Part shown: positions 27,660 to 37,380 of the stretch, in pieces | How the letters are laid out: every line of letters starts with the position of its first letter | How positions within the stretch are numbered: position 1 is the first letter of the stretch | The notes under the pieces: generated by a model | What the model was told of the DNA's origin: nothing | Database searches by the model: none | Seen by the model: the letters and a program-made list of their open reading frames with translations, nothing else | Virus record (IMG/VR): IMGVR_UViG_3300021133_000001 | Span: 1-64,000 of that record | DNA length: 64,000 bases | Reading direction: 5' to 3' (one strand) | Source: a virus | Lineage: Duplodnaviria > Caudoviricetes | Program-made: the position numbers and the translations under genes

Positions 27660-28978
27660 TATGTATAATTTATAGTGTTTTTTATTTTTTGCAATCCAGG
27701 TTTTAACCTAAATGCTGCAAGGCTACCTACATCCATTTTTTCATTGTCAAATATAGAATCTTTAATTATCTTAACAAACACTTCATGCTCTGGATGCTCT
27801 TTTAACCATATAGCTTTTTTAGCAAACAAATCCGTCTCTACTAATCTTAAATGGCCCCAATCAGCTATAGGGTTAAACCACACACTATATATAGTCTTAT
27901 ATTGAGAGTAATGTTTAGCGAAATCAGCCATTTCCTTGTAATTGTCTGCCTGTACTATGAAGTTAACATTCCAAGGCATATACTCAATTATCTTACCTTT
28001 GTCGTCTCGTTTAATACATTGACTGCCAATCTCAAGAGATTCTACTCTTTCATTAAGCCAGTGTACATTTTTCATTACTGATTCTAAGTTACCACGTTTT
28101 CTAATTTTAGAATACGTTTCAATAGTCATTGCATCAATTGAAATAGATATCCATTCAATTTTATTCCATAAGTTTTTAATTTTATTCATTCTTTCTGGAG
28201 TCATTAGTACTCCATTAGTTTGAAGCTTAATTCTTAATTTACTGTACTCTGGCTGCAATACTTTTTCATTCAACTCTAACAAGTAGTTCCAATACAAATC
28301 ACTAGCAAAAGGATCCCCAGAACCAGTTATGTTTAATGCGACAGTTTCAGCATCTTCCCTCTTCAATAATATCTCTACCATGTCTTCTATACGTTTTTGT
28401 ACTTTAGTAAGCTTTGCAAAGCCTTCTGGGTCTTTACTAGCTAGTACGTGTATAAATTCATTTCTACACGAAGGGCATTGCAAATTACAAGAACGGTCAT
28501 GGTTAAATATTATTACATAATCTCTTTTAGCTTTTCTTTTTAACCAACCTATACTTGTCTTACTAGTTATAGTGGTATATTTTGTAATTTTTTCTTCTGT
28601 TAATTTAGCCTTTTTCCAGTTACGGTTTATATACATTTTTTCCGGCTTAGTTACGGAATTGTCTAGAGTACTGACAGGCTGTTTTACGTCTCGAACTTGA
28701 TCACTCAAAAAAGATACTAAATTAGGGCAATAATCTGTACAGTAAGACCACTTACCTTCTTCCATATCTTTAACAATATGTTCAAGTATAGGAGAGCTAA
28801 GCACTTCTTCTGCAGTTTGAGTGTTAAAATTACCTATCTCTTTTCTCATCCACGATCTACAACATACTTCTACCCCACCGTCGTCATATACTTGAAACTG
28901 TAAGTACGGAAATATACAGACATGCGTCTTAAGACTGTCTAAGTTAAACTTACCTTCAGGGTTAACTTTGTATATCAT
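27659..28978 (-). CDS. Radical SAM protein, subtype 2
   Basis: CIFPY..VCC..CTDYCP; CNLQCPSC; GSGDPF; LQTNG. Confidence 0.9.
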   Translation of the reverse strand: MIYKVNPEGKFNLDSLKTHVCIFPYLQFQVYDDGGVEVCCRSWMRKEIGNFNTQTAEEVLSSPILEHIVKDMEEGKWSYCTDYCPNLVSFLSDQVRDVKQPVSTLDNSVTKPEKMYINRNWKKAKLTEEKITKYTTITSKTSIGWLKRKAKRDYVIIFNHDRSCNLQCPSCRNEFIHVLASKDPEGFAKLTKVQKRIEDMVEILLKREDAETVALNITGSGDPFASDLYWNYLLELNEKVLQPEYSKLRIKLQTNGVLMTPERMNKIKNLWNKIEWISISIDAMTIETYSKIRKRGNLESVMKNVHWLNERVESLEIGSQCIKRDDKGKIIEYMPWNVNFIVQADNYKEMADFAKHYSQYKTIYSVWFNPIADWGHLRLVETDLFAKKAIWLKEHPEHEVFVKIIKDSIFDNEKMDVGSLAAFRLKPGLQKIKNTINYT

Positions 28979-30168
28979 GACTTTGATCTAAATGTAGCGA
29001 GACTGCCTATATTAGCTTTTGGATGGTTGAATATAGGGTCTTTAAGTATTTCAATAAAATTATTATACTCAGGGTGTTCTTTTCTCCATACAGCCTTTCT
29101 ATTAAAAAGCCCTGCTTCAGCCATATCTAAATGGCCCCAATCATCAATAGGGTTAAGCCATACATTATGTATACTATTATAAGAAGTATACAGTTTAGTA
29201 AATTCAGCCATCTCTTTATAATTGTCTGTCTGTACTATAAAATTAACACACCATGGACATAAATCAGTCGATTCCGGTTCACCTATTTCCCTTGCTTCGA
29301 CTTTTTCATTTAACCATTTTACATTCTTCTGTACTGCTTCTAAATTTCCACGCTTTCTAACTATAGAGTATGTTTCTTGAGTAGCTGCGTCAATTGAAAT
29401 GGATATCCAGTTAATTCTTGGCCAGAGATTTTTAATTTTATCCATTCTTTCTGGAGTCATTAGTACTCCATTAGTTTGTAATTTTACACGTAGTTTACTG
29501 TACTCAGGTAACAATACCTTTTCATTTAATTCTAATAAATAATTCCAGTATAATTCGCTCGCGAAAGGATCTCCCGAACCTGTAATGTTAGCACAAACTG
29601 TACTAGCATCTTCTCTTAACATTAAAAGTTCAATCATCCTCTCTATCTCTTTTTGAACCTTGTAAAGTGTGTTATATTTTTCAGGATTCTTTTTAGAAGA
29701 AATATGTATGAATTCATTTCTGCAAGACGGGCATTGCAAGTTACATGATTGATCATGATTGAAAAAGATTACATAGTCTTTATATCTCAACCTCTCTCTT
29801 AAAGAATTATCAACCACAGAGTCTGTTCTTTCTTTTGGTGTAATAACTGTAAATTTAAGATCACCATTACCGCCATTTTCAGGTCTACTCTTTAAAAACC
29901 GCACCGCCAAAGGACATACATCAGTACAGTAAGACCAATTCCCTGCTTCCATATCTTCTATTATATCTTTTAATACAGGAGAATTGATAATTTCTTCTGC
30001 GGTTTGAGTAGCTAAATTACCAATCACTTTGTTCTTCATCCAAGACCTGCAGCATACTTCAACGTCAAAATCACTATAAACCTGAAACTGCATATATGGG
30101 TACATACAAACATGCGTTTTTAATCCGTCTAGGTTGTAGTTGTGATTAGGGTCTACTTCAAAAATCAT
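28975..30168 (-). CDS. Radical SAM protein, subtype 2, tandem paralog
   Basis: CMYPY..VCC..CTDVCP; CNLQCPSC; GSGDPF. Confidence 0.9.
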   Translation of the reverse strand: MIFEVDPNHNYNLDGLKTHVCMYPYMQFQVYSDFDVEVCCRSWMKNKVIGNLATQTAEEIINSPVLKDIIEDMEAGNWSYCTDVCPLAVRFLKSRPENGGNGDLKFTVITPKERTDSVVDNSLRERLRYKDYVIFFNHDQSCNLQCPSCRNEFIHISSKKNPEKYNTLYKVQKEIERMIELLMLREDASTVCANITGSGDPFASELYWNYLLELNEKVLLPEYSKLRVKLQTNGVLMTPERMDKIKNLWPRINWISISIDAATQETYSIVRKRGNLEAVQKNVKWLNEKVEAREIGEPESTDLCPWCVNFIVQTDNYKEMAEFTKLYTSYNSIHNVWLNPIDDWGHLDMAEAGLFNRKAVWRKEHPEYNNFIEILKDPIFNHPKANIGSLATFRSKS

Positions 30169-30277
30169 ACACTATATATTTATCTTTAATTATATAATAA
30201 GCAATAGATAATGCAAGCACGAGCATTCTAAAAACAAGTTGATAAGTTATTATAATAACATATAAATATTATAGTCT

Positions 30278-30763
30278 ATGAAAAACAAACTTATATTAAC
30301 CTTAATTGTATTAGCTTTAGCTATTCCAGCTCGAGCTCAAGAACACACAGCAGAAGGCGTTGCAGCTGGTGCTGTAGTTGGTGGTGTGATTGGTAATCAG
30401 TATCACCACAACGTCGTTGGTGGCGCTGTTGCTGGCGCTTTAATCGGTGGAATGATTGGCAATGCAGCTGATCATGCTAATGATCAGCCTAAAGTAATTG
30501 TTGTACAGTCTCCACCCCCACCTCCAGCACCTGTTCAAGTAGTAGTACAGGCACCACCACCCCCACCACCACCTGTTACTGTGCAGTATGTTTGGGGTCC
30601 ATTAGATCGTTGGGGCCACCCTCAATATGTATTCGTACAGGAATGGAATGGCGTACAATGGGTAACAACCTATTATGAATATAGAACGTTTCTAGGTTGG
30701 TATTATCATCACTACGGATATGCGTTTCGTGAAGATATGTACCGCCATCATTGGCATCGTTAA
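30278..30763 (+). CDS. Exported glycine-zipper protein with Pro-rich linker
   Basis: Signal peptide (ARA/Q), GAVVGGVIG and GALIGGMIG repeats; TATAAATA upstream. Confidence 0.8.
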   Translation: MKNKLILTLIVLALAIPARAQEHTAEGVAAGAVVGGVIGNQYHHNVVGGAVAGALIGGMIGNAADHANDQPKVIVVQSPPPPPAPVQVVVQAPPPPPPPVTVQYVWGPLDRWGHPQYVFVQEWNGVQWVTTYYEYRTFLGWYYHHYGYAFREDMYRHHWHR

Positions 30764-30780
30764 TTAATTTTTACTTAATA

Positions 30781-30814
30781 AAAGACCCGCTTATTGCTAA
30801 GCGGGTTTCTTTTT
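30781..30814 (+). terminator. Intrinsic terminator
   Basis: ACCCGCTTA/TAAGCGGGT stem plus T-tract. Confidence 0.85.
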
Positions 30815-30830
30815 GTTTTGTCTAGTAATT

Positions 30831-31835
30831 TTATAAGAAAAAATTGTTTATTTTACGCTCTTGTTCTTGTGCAAACTCAAAAAACCTTTTTCTATTTTTT
30901 AATAACCTAGGTTTAATTGCTTGATACATGCTAAGGGTATCTTGTTCAGATAACCACAGTAGTATGTTTATAATTTTATCTTGTATAGTATTTATATCGT
31001 CATCAACGTTAAATTTTTCTGGCCAAAGATCTTCAAAGGTATCGAACCCGTTGTTTTTTAAATAATGTAGCAAATACGTATCAGCATTGACAATAAACGG
31101 CCTCATACCTATAATAGGTTTATATATCTTTTCACTTACAAACAAATACGGTCTATATTCGTAAACCGTTTCACTTACTATATTAACAAAGTGACTTTGC
31201 CACACGTCTAATTTTCCTAAACTATAAACATCGTTAGGTGGGCCTGCATCCCCATTTACATCTTTAGCGCCATACTCAGTATAATCATTATTATCAGGTA
31301 TAGTGTATACTCGTTCATTTAAATGATTCCATTCTCTATCTGTATATCTACCTAAAGTAATAATGTTTTGCTCGTTTAATTTAGCTTTAAATAACTTATC
31401 AACTAAAGTCACTCTATACCAATGTGGTTTTCTATTATAAGATACAAACGTGTATTTTAATGTAGAGTATTCCAATTCTTGCTCGGTATAGGTCTTAAAA
31501 AACTTACTTGTAGCCAGTGCCCAGAAATCAAAACCATACTCTACCCCTATATAACCCGCTCCTTTAACTGTGCTTAAAGGTATAATTTTGTTTATATCAT
31601 CCGCAAAATATATAAACGGGTCTGTAGTATTTACAACTACTATGTTGTCGAGCTTTTGCTCTAAAGTATTTTTTAGATCATCTGTTACTCTAAACCAAGT
31701 AGAATTTAAAATTAAGTTATTCTCGTTAGGTCTACTTATATCTAAATTATTTTTTAAGATATTCAATATATCAGTTTCAAGCTTACCTGCTTTCCATTCA
31801 GAAGGAAACCCAGTATTTATTAAAGTGGTAGGCAT
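30831..31835 (-). CDS. GT10/exostosin-like protein
   Basis: NRKPHWYR, IVSET, SEKIYKPI, GFDTF. Confidence 0.65.
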   Translation of the reverse strand: MPTTLINTGFPSEWKAGKLETDILNILKNNLDISRPNENNLILNSTWFRVTDDLKNTLEQKLDNIVVVNTTDPFIYFADDINKIIPLSTVKGAGYIGVEYGFDFWALATSKFFKTYTEQELEYSTLKYTFVSYNRKPHWYRVTLVDKLFKAKLNEQNIITLGRYTDREWNHLNERVYTIPDNNDYTEYGAKDVNGDAGPPNDVYSLGKLDVWQSHFVNIVSETVYEYRPYLFVSEKIYKPIIGMRPFIVNADTYLLHYLKNNGFDTFEDLWPEKFNVDDDINTIQDKIINILLWLSEQDTLSMYQAIKPRLLKNRKRFFEFAQEQERKINNFFL

Positions 31836-31836
31836 A

Positions 31837-33261
31837 TTACTGAGACTTACTTATAAGTTTTAGTAAGTCATCTTCTTTAGTAGTAATAGTAGGTAATTTT
31901 TCTAGTAAAGGTTTTGCTAGAGTATGAAGCTTTGTGTTATTAACCGGTACAGTATAAGTTATAGTTAAAGTAGGTTGATTGGTCCAGGTGTTTTCTAATG
32001 TTACTAAGTCTAAATAGCCGTTATTATCAACATCAGCAACATCTACTGCTGCTACGTTTCTATATTGGTTGTTAGGGTAGTATGTTTGAGTAACATCATT
32101 AAATGTACCGTCAGATTTACCTAAAAACACTCTTATAAATTGACCGCATGTGGTACTATTACCAAAGCAAATTACATCTTGTATACCGTCATTATTAAGA
32201 TCTGCTACGATTATTTTAATTAAACCTATTTCATCTGGAGTAAAAACTATACCCGAATTAGATGAAACATCTGTAAAGGTATTATTACCGTTATTTTTAA
32301 GAACTTGTACAGCGCATAATGGACCACCATATGTGTCCCACAAATTAGTTGCAACAAGCAAATCATGCCGACCGTTAATTGTTATAGGTGCTATATAATC
32401 AGCCATAGAATTATCTCCTAAAATTCTAGGTGGTAAATAGTATCTATCTTTGTAATGACCCGTACCATCATTAATTAAAAGTATATTAGGATAATGAGTT
32501 TTCCAGCCGTCATACCCACCCCCTAAAACAATATCAGGATAGCCGTCGTTATTAGCGTCGATAAATGCACCTGAGTTCCATCCCGCTTGTGGGTTATTTT
32601 CAATATCACTTGGTAATCTACCCGGCGATTCAACAAGATGTCCTTTTTTATCGTTAATACATAAAACCGTTCCTTGGACAAGTCCGAAATTATTGAATAT
32701 CATATTAACTTCTAAAAAATCCATATAACCATCTTTATCGATATCAGCTATAGCCGCGCTATGAGTGTAATTAGGTACAGAGGGTGTTAAGGTTGTATCC
32801 CTCGTAACACCACCATACAGTGTTGGTTCAAGAACTTTACATACACTACCCGAAAAATCTCCTGTATCTATTCCTGCATCCTCAATAACTAACTCTTTTA
32901 TACCGTTATTGTTAAAATCAGCTATTAAAGAATCGCCTGCTGAAGTAGTACTAATACCTGTAACAGTAGGATCTGTAACAGGGAGAAATGTACCGCCGAT
33001 ATTTTTAAAAGCTAAAACAGGAGCAGGTGTCCAAGTACTACCATTGCACCCCCACACAACCAATCCTGGATAGTTATCATTGCTATAATCAAATAATCTA
33101 CCTTGACAAATATACTTTAACTCTTGATTATGATAAGGTAAATTAATAGTAACAGTGCTTAAAACAATATTACTGGTAGTGGTTGACGGTTTAACAGTTC
33201 GTGCTAGTAATGCTTTAGCGCACAACATAGCTAGTACTATCGCTTTAATATAAGCTTTCAT
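31837..33261 (-). CDS. Exported FG-GAP/VCBS-repeat (beta-propeller) protein
   Basis: Signal-like N-terminus; repeated DxNxDGxxD motifs (ADIDKDGYMD, DANNDGYPD, ADLNNDGIQD, ADVDNNGYLD). Confidence 0.88.
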   Translation of the reverse strand: MKAYIKAIVLAMLCAKALLARTVKPSTTTSNIVLSTVTINLPYHNQELKYICQGRLFDYSNDNYPGLVVWGCNGSTWTPAPVLAFKNIGGTFLPVTDPTVTGISTTSAGDSLIADFNNNGIKELVIEDAGIDTGDFSGSVCKVLEPTLYGGVTRDTTLTPSVPNYTHSAAIADIDKDGYMDFLEVNMIFNNFGLVQGTVLCINDKKGHLVESPGRLPSDIENNPQAGWNSGAFIDANNDGYPDIVLGGGYDGWKTHYPNILLINDGTGHYKDRYYLPPRILGDNSMADYIAPITINGRHDLLVATNLWDTYGGPLCAVQVLKNNGNNTFTDVSSNSGIVFTPDEIGLIKIIVADLNNDGIQDVICFGNSTTCGQFIRVFLGKSDGTFNDVTQTYYPNNQYRNVAAVDVADVDNNGYLDLVTLENTWTNQPTLTITYTVPVNNTKLHTLAKPLLEKLPTITTKEDDLLKLISKSQ

Positions 33262-33294
33262 AATATAATTAACTATTGGATATAACTAAGAGAT

Positions 33295-33486
33295 TTATTC
33301 TTTATTCTTATTATAATCTTCAGGTAACTCTCCTAACATTTGAGAGTGATCAACAGCTTCCATATGCTTATCTTTTTTGGATTTCTTTTCAGTGGATTTC
33401 TTACCCCAGTTAATCTGATCGTAATTATCAGCGTACTTTGAATAAGGTACAGCTAATGGTCTTGGTTTATCGCCTTTTCCGTTCAT
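33295..33486 (-). CDS. Hypothetical phage protein (GKGDKPRP type)
   Basis: ORF track. Confidence 0.65.
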   Translation of the reverse strand: MNGKGDKPRPLAVPYSKYADNYDQINWGKKSTEKKSKKDKHMEAVDHSQMLGELPEDYNKNKE

Positions 33487-33683
33487 TTTTTAAGTTTACC
33501 TTTCAGTCTTTTATTCTCTTTAATTAAAAGTTCTATCTTATCTCCTAACAATTCAGCAGGTACTTCTTCATCAGCACCTAAACTTACTCGCACATTTGCA
33601 ATAATATCAGCTTGCTTGTTAGCAATTGTTTGATAGAACGCTAAACGCTCTTTCATTGTAAATTTTTTCTTTTTAATTGGCAT
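33483..33683 (-). CDS. Hypothetical protein
   Basis: ORF track. Confidence 0.6.
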   Translation of the reverse strand: MPIKKKKFTMKERLAFYQTIANKQADIIANVRVSLGADEEVPAELLGDKIELLIKENKRLKGKLKK

Positions 33684-33686
33684 ATA

Positions 33687-34163
33687 TTATAATGTAAAAT
33701 ATTTTATGTCTAATTTAGAACAGTTAACCGCCCAGCTATCAGGAAATAAATCTAATGTGGTTTTTTTGTCCCAAAAACTTTGTTTTGAAATTTCACCTAT
33801 TATGTAAATTTTATTTTCCCATATACCTAGAAGTACAAACTTAGTTACCTTAGGGTTGCTGAACGAAAGACTATTTTTTTTAATTAAGAGGTCCAAGTAA
33901 GGAGGCTTACATTTATTATTAAGCTCTCTTGTCTTAACTTGAGCACCATCTAAAAAATCTATACCACCATCTCCTGTACCGCGATCGTAGCATTCGAAGT
34001 TAACTAACTGATTAGTAGCGAAGCCGTATGCGATTTCACCTTTAATACCTGTTATCCAGTTTTCTTTTTTGCCTCTTTTACCCTTTTTTTTCATTTCGAC
34101 AGCAAAATCTTCAGATTGATTACAATCTGCTTCTGTAAGTTGCTTAAGAGGTTTGAGTTTCAT
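33687..34163 (-). CDS. PD-(D/E)xK nuclease-like protein
   Basis: GEIA...DGGIDF...QVKT pattern. Confidence 0.5.
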   Translation of the reverse strand: MKLKPLKQLTEADCNQSEDFAVEMKKKGKRGKKENWITGIKGEIAYGFATNQLVNFECYDRGTGDGGIDFLDGAQVKTRELNNKCKPPYLDLLIKKNSLSFSNPKVTKFVLLGIWENKIYIIGEISKQSFWDKKTTLDLFPDSWAVNCSKLDIKYFTL

Positions 34164-34285
34164 TATAAAATAAGTGGCCCCGTTTTTATTGCGGTGGTCG
34201 GCCGACCCACAAGTTGTCGTAGTCCTTTGACGTTATCTCCAGTCCAGATAATACAATAGTAGGAACTTATCTTATAAAGTCAAGC

Positions 34286-34402
34286 TTAATTATAGATAAA
34301 AGGATCTCTTTTACGGATCTCTTCTAACATCTTCTTATGCTTACGCTTCAATTCGCGTTTCTTAAAAAAATCTTTAACGTATTTGTATAATTTAGTAAAC
34401 AT
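34286..34402 (-). CDS. 38-aa basic peptide ending RDPFIYN
   Basis: Translated by hand: MFTKLYKYVKDFFKKRELKRKHKKMLEEIRKRDPFIYN. Confidence 0.6.
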   Translation of the reverse strand: MFTKLYKYVKDFFKKRELKRKHKKMLEEIRKRDPFIYN

Positions 34403-34403
34403 G

Positions 34404-34772
34404 TTATATTTTATGTGATAGGTAATATCCGAGTATATTTACGTTCTTTTCATTGTATGGCAATAGATCTCCGTATACCTTACCATGCTCATCAATCCAA
34501 TCTCTATCAAAACCTTCTTGCTCTAAACGTTTAGCTTCCCCCACTTTAAATACAGCTGCACGTGCAGTATTCTTCTTAAAGTCCGGCCACACAACTACAA
34601 TACCTATATCGGAAGTTATAATAGCAGACGAAGCTTCCTCTGTTTCAGCTATATTAGCTGCTGGAGCAAAGTCTAAATCCACCTCGATATCAAACTTAGA
34701 TTGCTTGACAGCATTGACTATGTCATTAGCATAGTCTTTTACTGCTTTATCTACTTTAAAGTTGTGCTTCAT
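34404..34772 (-). CDS. Hypothetical protein
   Basis: ORF; TTGAAT..TATAAT promoter upstream. Confidence 0.7.
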   Translation of the reverse strand: MKHNFKVDKAVKDYANDIVNAVKQSKFDIEVDLDFAPAANIAETEEASSAIITSDIGIVVVWPDFKKNTARAAVFKVGEAKRLEQEGFDRDWIDEHGKVYGDLLPYNEKNVNILGYYLSHKI

Positions 34773-34807
34773 TACATTATTATAACGTTTAATTATATTT
34801 ATTCAAT

Positions 34808-34835
34808 AAAAAAAGCCTGTATTGCTACAGGCTTT
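34808..34835 (-). terminator. Intrinsic terminator after the autotransporter
   Basis: AAAGCCTGTA/TACAGGCTTT stem plus U-tract. Confidence 0.8.
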
Positions 34836-34855
34836 GTTGTAATATGTAAGTTGGA

Positions 34856-37189
34856 TTAGAACTTGAATGTGACGTCAGCTGTTAGGTTAGTATCAGTTAA
34901 CGTTGCTTGCTTTTGTTGACCAGCACCAATAGTACCGGAAATGTACTTTGTTGGAGTAGCTTGCAAGTTAAGCTTGTATGTTGTAATGCCATCAATACCC
35001 TTTGACTTAGTAGGTGTTAAGTAACCACCTTCAGCAATAACTCTGAAAGCATCCCCGAACTGATAGTCAAAGCGTAAGCCACCTTCTGCTGCAGCACGAG
35101 TTACCTTAGCAGCATCAAATGATTGAGCAGTATAAGCATCGCCTGTTTCAGTAATAGCATCAAGTGAGCTTGTTTCGAAACGACCACCAATGAAAGGAGC
35201 GAAACCAAAGTAACTCTTTGAATATAAACGCTCATTTAACCAGATGTCTTTACCATTACCCTTACCGGCATTAGCATAGTTTAGAGCAGCTAATGTATGA
35301 GTATTAGCAAAACGGTCATAAGCAAAACCAAGATCAGACTTTAATACTAATAGATTGTTAAACGTGGTTAAGTTATATAGACCTAAGTGATGCTTTTGTA
35401 ATGTACCAGTAGCTTGATCCCCGTTAATATTAGCATTAACAAAGTCATACTTTATACCGAATAGAACATCGGCTGTAACAAATGATTCAGCACCGATAGT
35501 AAATGTATTGCTTGAAGTTTTATACGTATCAGTCGTATTGCTACTTGTACGTGTATATGTTAAATAAGAGTTCCAACCATCATCTTTATTAGCATTCCAA
35601 GTACCGCCATAGTTGCGATCTAATGGATTAGAATCAACGAGCATATTATAACGACGGCTTGCAGCCTGTAGGTATGAATATTGATCGATACGAGTACCGT
35701 AATTAGCTACAGAACTTGTTACTGCTGTTGTGTTACCAGTAGTAACAATTTTAGCAGTTGATACTGAAGTATTTTCTGTAACTACTGGAGCACTATATGT
35801 TACTAATGTTGGTGTAGTGCCATCAGCATATACTGTAGTAGTAACAGCTGTATTAGTAGTAACATTAGTTACAGGTGTAACTGTTGTAGCAGTAGTTATT
35901 ACTGGTGTAACAGTAGTAACTGTAGTCGTCTTAGCGATGTTTAACACTTTAGTATCAGCTGACTTTGCTTTAGCTTGTGAATAAGCAGTGGTTGAAGCAG
36001 CTGTACCATTTACACTTGCATATGTGGTTGTTGGATTACCAAATACTGTTTGACTAGCAACGTTCTGGGTTGTTGTAGCTGTGCTGTATAAAGCATTAGC
36101 TGTTGTAACAACTGCATTGTTAACTACATTATCTGTAGTTGTTGGTGCACCGTAATATGTACTAATAAGATTACCATTAGCATCTTTAGTAACTGTAACA
36201 GGTGTAACTGTTGTAGCTGTATCTACTGGGGTAGTAGTTGTTGTAGTTGTTAGCTTATAAGTCTTAACTACTGGATTGTTACTTGCATCAACACTATTAG
36301 CAGTTGAATAAGCAATAGTAGCACCAACTACCGCGGTACCGTTTTTAGTAACTGTAGATGTTTGATTGGATGTAGTAGCTACTGTATAAAGAGAAGAGCT
36401 ATTAGCTGTTGAAACTGCAAATGATACATTTGTATTAGATGTTGGTGTACCATATACTGTACTAATAGTATTACCTGTACTATCTGCAATAACAGTCATC
36501 GGCGTCGTCACTGTAGTAGTAGCAACTGGAACTGTTGTAGTTGTTAATACGTTTAAGTTAGTAGTAACAATAGTTGAACCACCACTTGTAGTAGTAACAG
36601 GGGCATATGAATTAGCTAATGTTACGATAGGTGTTCCGTTTGATGTAGTTACAGCTACTGCATTAGTCGTAGTAGCAACTGTAGAAGGTGTTACTGCTGG
36701 TGTGGTAGTTACGACAGCGTTACCTGTTACAGATGTTGTTGCTCCGTTAACAGTTGTCCAGGTTGTCGGTGTAATTGTTGTTACTGTATCAAGATATGTT
36801 GTAGCAATAGTAGCACCATTAGCTGTTGATGTAACAGTGCGAGGTGCTGTTGATGTTGTAGTAACATTACCTGTTGTGACAGTCTGTACTGGTACTGTAC
36901 CATGGTTTACAGTGACAACTGGCGAGCCGTTTGTTGTTACTGAACTATTATCACTATATAAAGTGACTGTAGTAGGGATTGTCGTGGTAGTTGTATTAAC
37001 ATATGTATTATCAATAGAGAAACCGTAAGCGTTAGTTGCAACTACATCTACTGGAGTAGTTGTTACGGTTACTATTGGAGTGCCGTTTGTTGTACTAACA
37101 ACTGTTGGTGAGCCACCGCCCGCCATAAGTGAAGTACTAACTGCAAACGTCAATATAGTTAATGCGATTAGTTTTAGGATTTGTTTCAT
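34856..37189 (-). CDS. Autotransporter-like outer-membrane protein with Thr/Val-rich repetitive passenger
   Basis: Signal peptide from MKQILKL (37189); C-terminal amphipathic beta-strands ending in F; TATAAATA upstream. Confidence 0.8.
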   Translation of the reverse strand: MKQILKLIALTILTFAVSTSLMAGGGSPTVVSTTNGTPIVTVTTTPVDVVATNAYGFSIDNTYVNTTTTTIPTTVTLYSDNSSVTTNGSPVVTVNHGTVPVQTVTTGNVTTTSTAPRTVTSTANGATIATTYLDTVTTITPTTWTTVNGATTSVTGNAVVTTTPAVTPSTVATTTNAVAVTTSNGTPIVTLANSYAPVTTTSGGSTIVTTNLNVLTTTTVPVATTTVTTPMTVIADSTGNTISTVYGTPTSNTNVSFAVSTANSSSLYTVATTSNQTSTVTKNGTAVVGATIAYSTANSVDASNNPVVKTYKLTTTTTTTPVDTATTVTPVTVTKDANGNLISTYYGAPTTTDNVVNNAVVTTANALYSTATTTQNVASQTVFGNPTTTYASVNGTAASTTAYSQAKAKSADTKVLNIAKTTTVTTVTPVITTATTVTPVTNVTTNTAVTTTVYADGTTPTLVTYSAPVVTENTSVSTAKIVTTGNTTAVTSSVANYGTRIDQYSYLQAASRRYNMLVDSNPLDRNYGGTWNANKDDGWNSYLTYTRTSSNTTDTYKTSSNTFTIGAESFVTADVLFGIKYDFVNANINGDQATGTLQKHHLGLYNLTTFNNLLVLKSDLGFAYDRFANTHTLAALNYANAGKGNGKDIWLNERLYSKSYFGFAPFIGGRFETSSLDAITETGDAYTAQSFDAAKVTRAAAEGGLRFDYQFGDAFRVIAEGGYLTPTKSKGIDGITTYKLNLQATPTKYISGTIGAGQQKQATLTDTNLTADVTFKF

Positions 37190-37259
37190 ACTCGTATATT
37201 TATAAGCTCTTCTGAGAATATCTCCACTGTTAAGTTTAACTCTTTGGCAACAACAAGAT

Positions 37260-37288
37260 AAAAAAAGAGCTCCATTTCTGAAGCTCTT
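37260..37288 (-). terminator. Intrinsic terminator
   Basis: AAGAGCTTC/GGAGCTCTT stem plus U-tract, just after the -1 frame stop. Confidence 0.8.
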
Positions 37289-37329
37289 GAATATTAAAAC
37301 TTCCAACCTTTAACTGTGAAGTTCGAAAC

Positions 37330-37380
37330 CCAGCGTACCGCGCTTGTTGCTAAACGGGTTACGCTGGTTGTTATTTTCCC
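37330..37380 (-). other. Putative -1 programmed ribosomal frameshift signal
   Basis: G_GGA_AAA immediately before the stop, 6-nt spacer, stem CCAGCGTA...TACGCTGG. Confidence 0.75.

Noticed and set aside
15209-30168. Viperin, QueE or RiPP-maturase identity for the rSAM genes
   Set aside because: Domain order and motifs do not match, no precursor peptides were seen, and the context is glycan-related
34170-34250. ZTP (pfl) riboswitch suggested by GACTGG..GTGGG..CCACCG
   Set aside because: The conserved GGGGAGC and 3' GCCTGGGC elements are missing and the downstream gene is not a purine or folate gene
35730-37028. Val/Thr-rich + strand ORFs
   Set aside because: Antisense shadows of the Thr-rich autotransporter
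37190-37306. Long N-terminal extension of the autotransporter in the ORF track
   Set aside because: Spans a terminator and late promoter; the signal peptide starts at 37189
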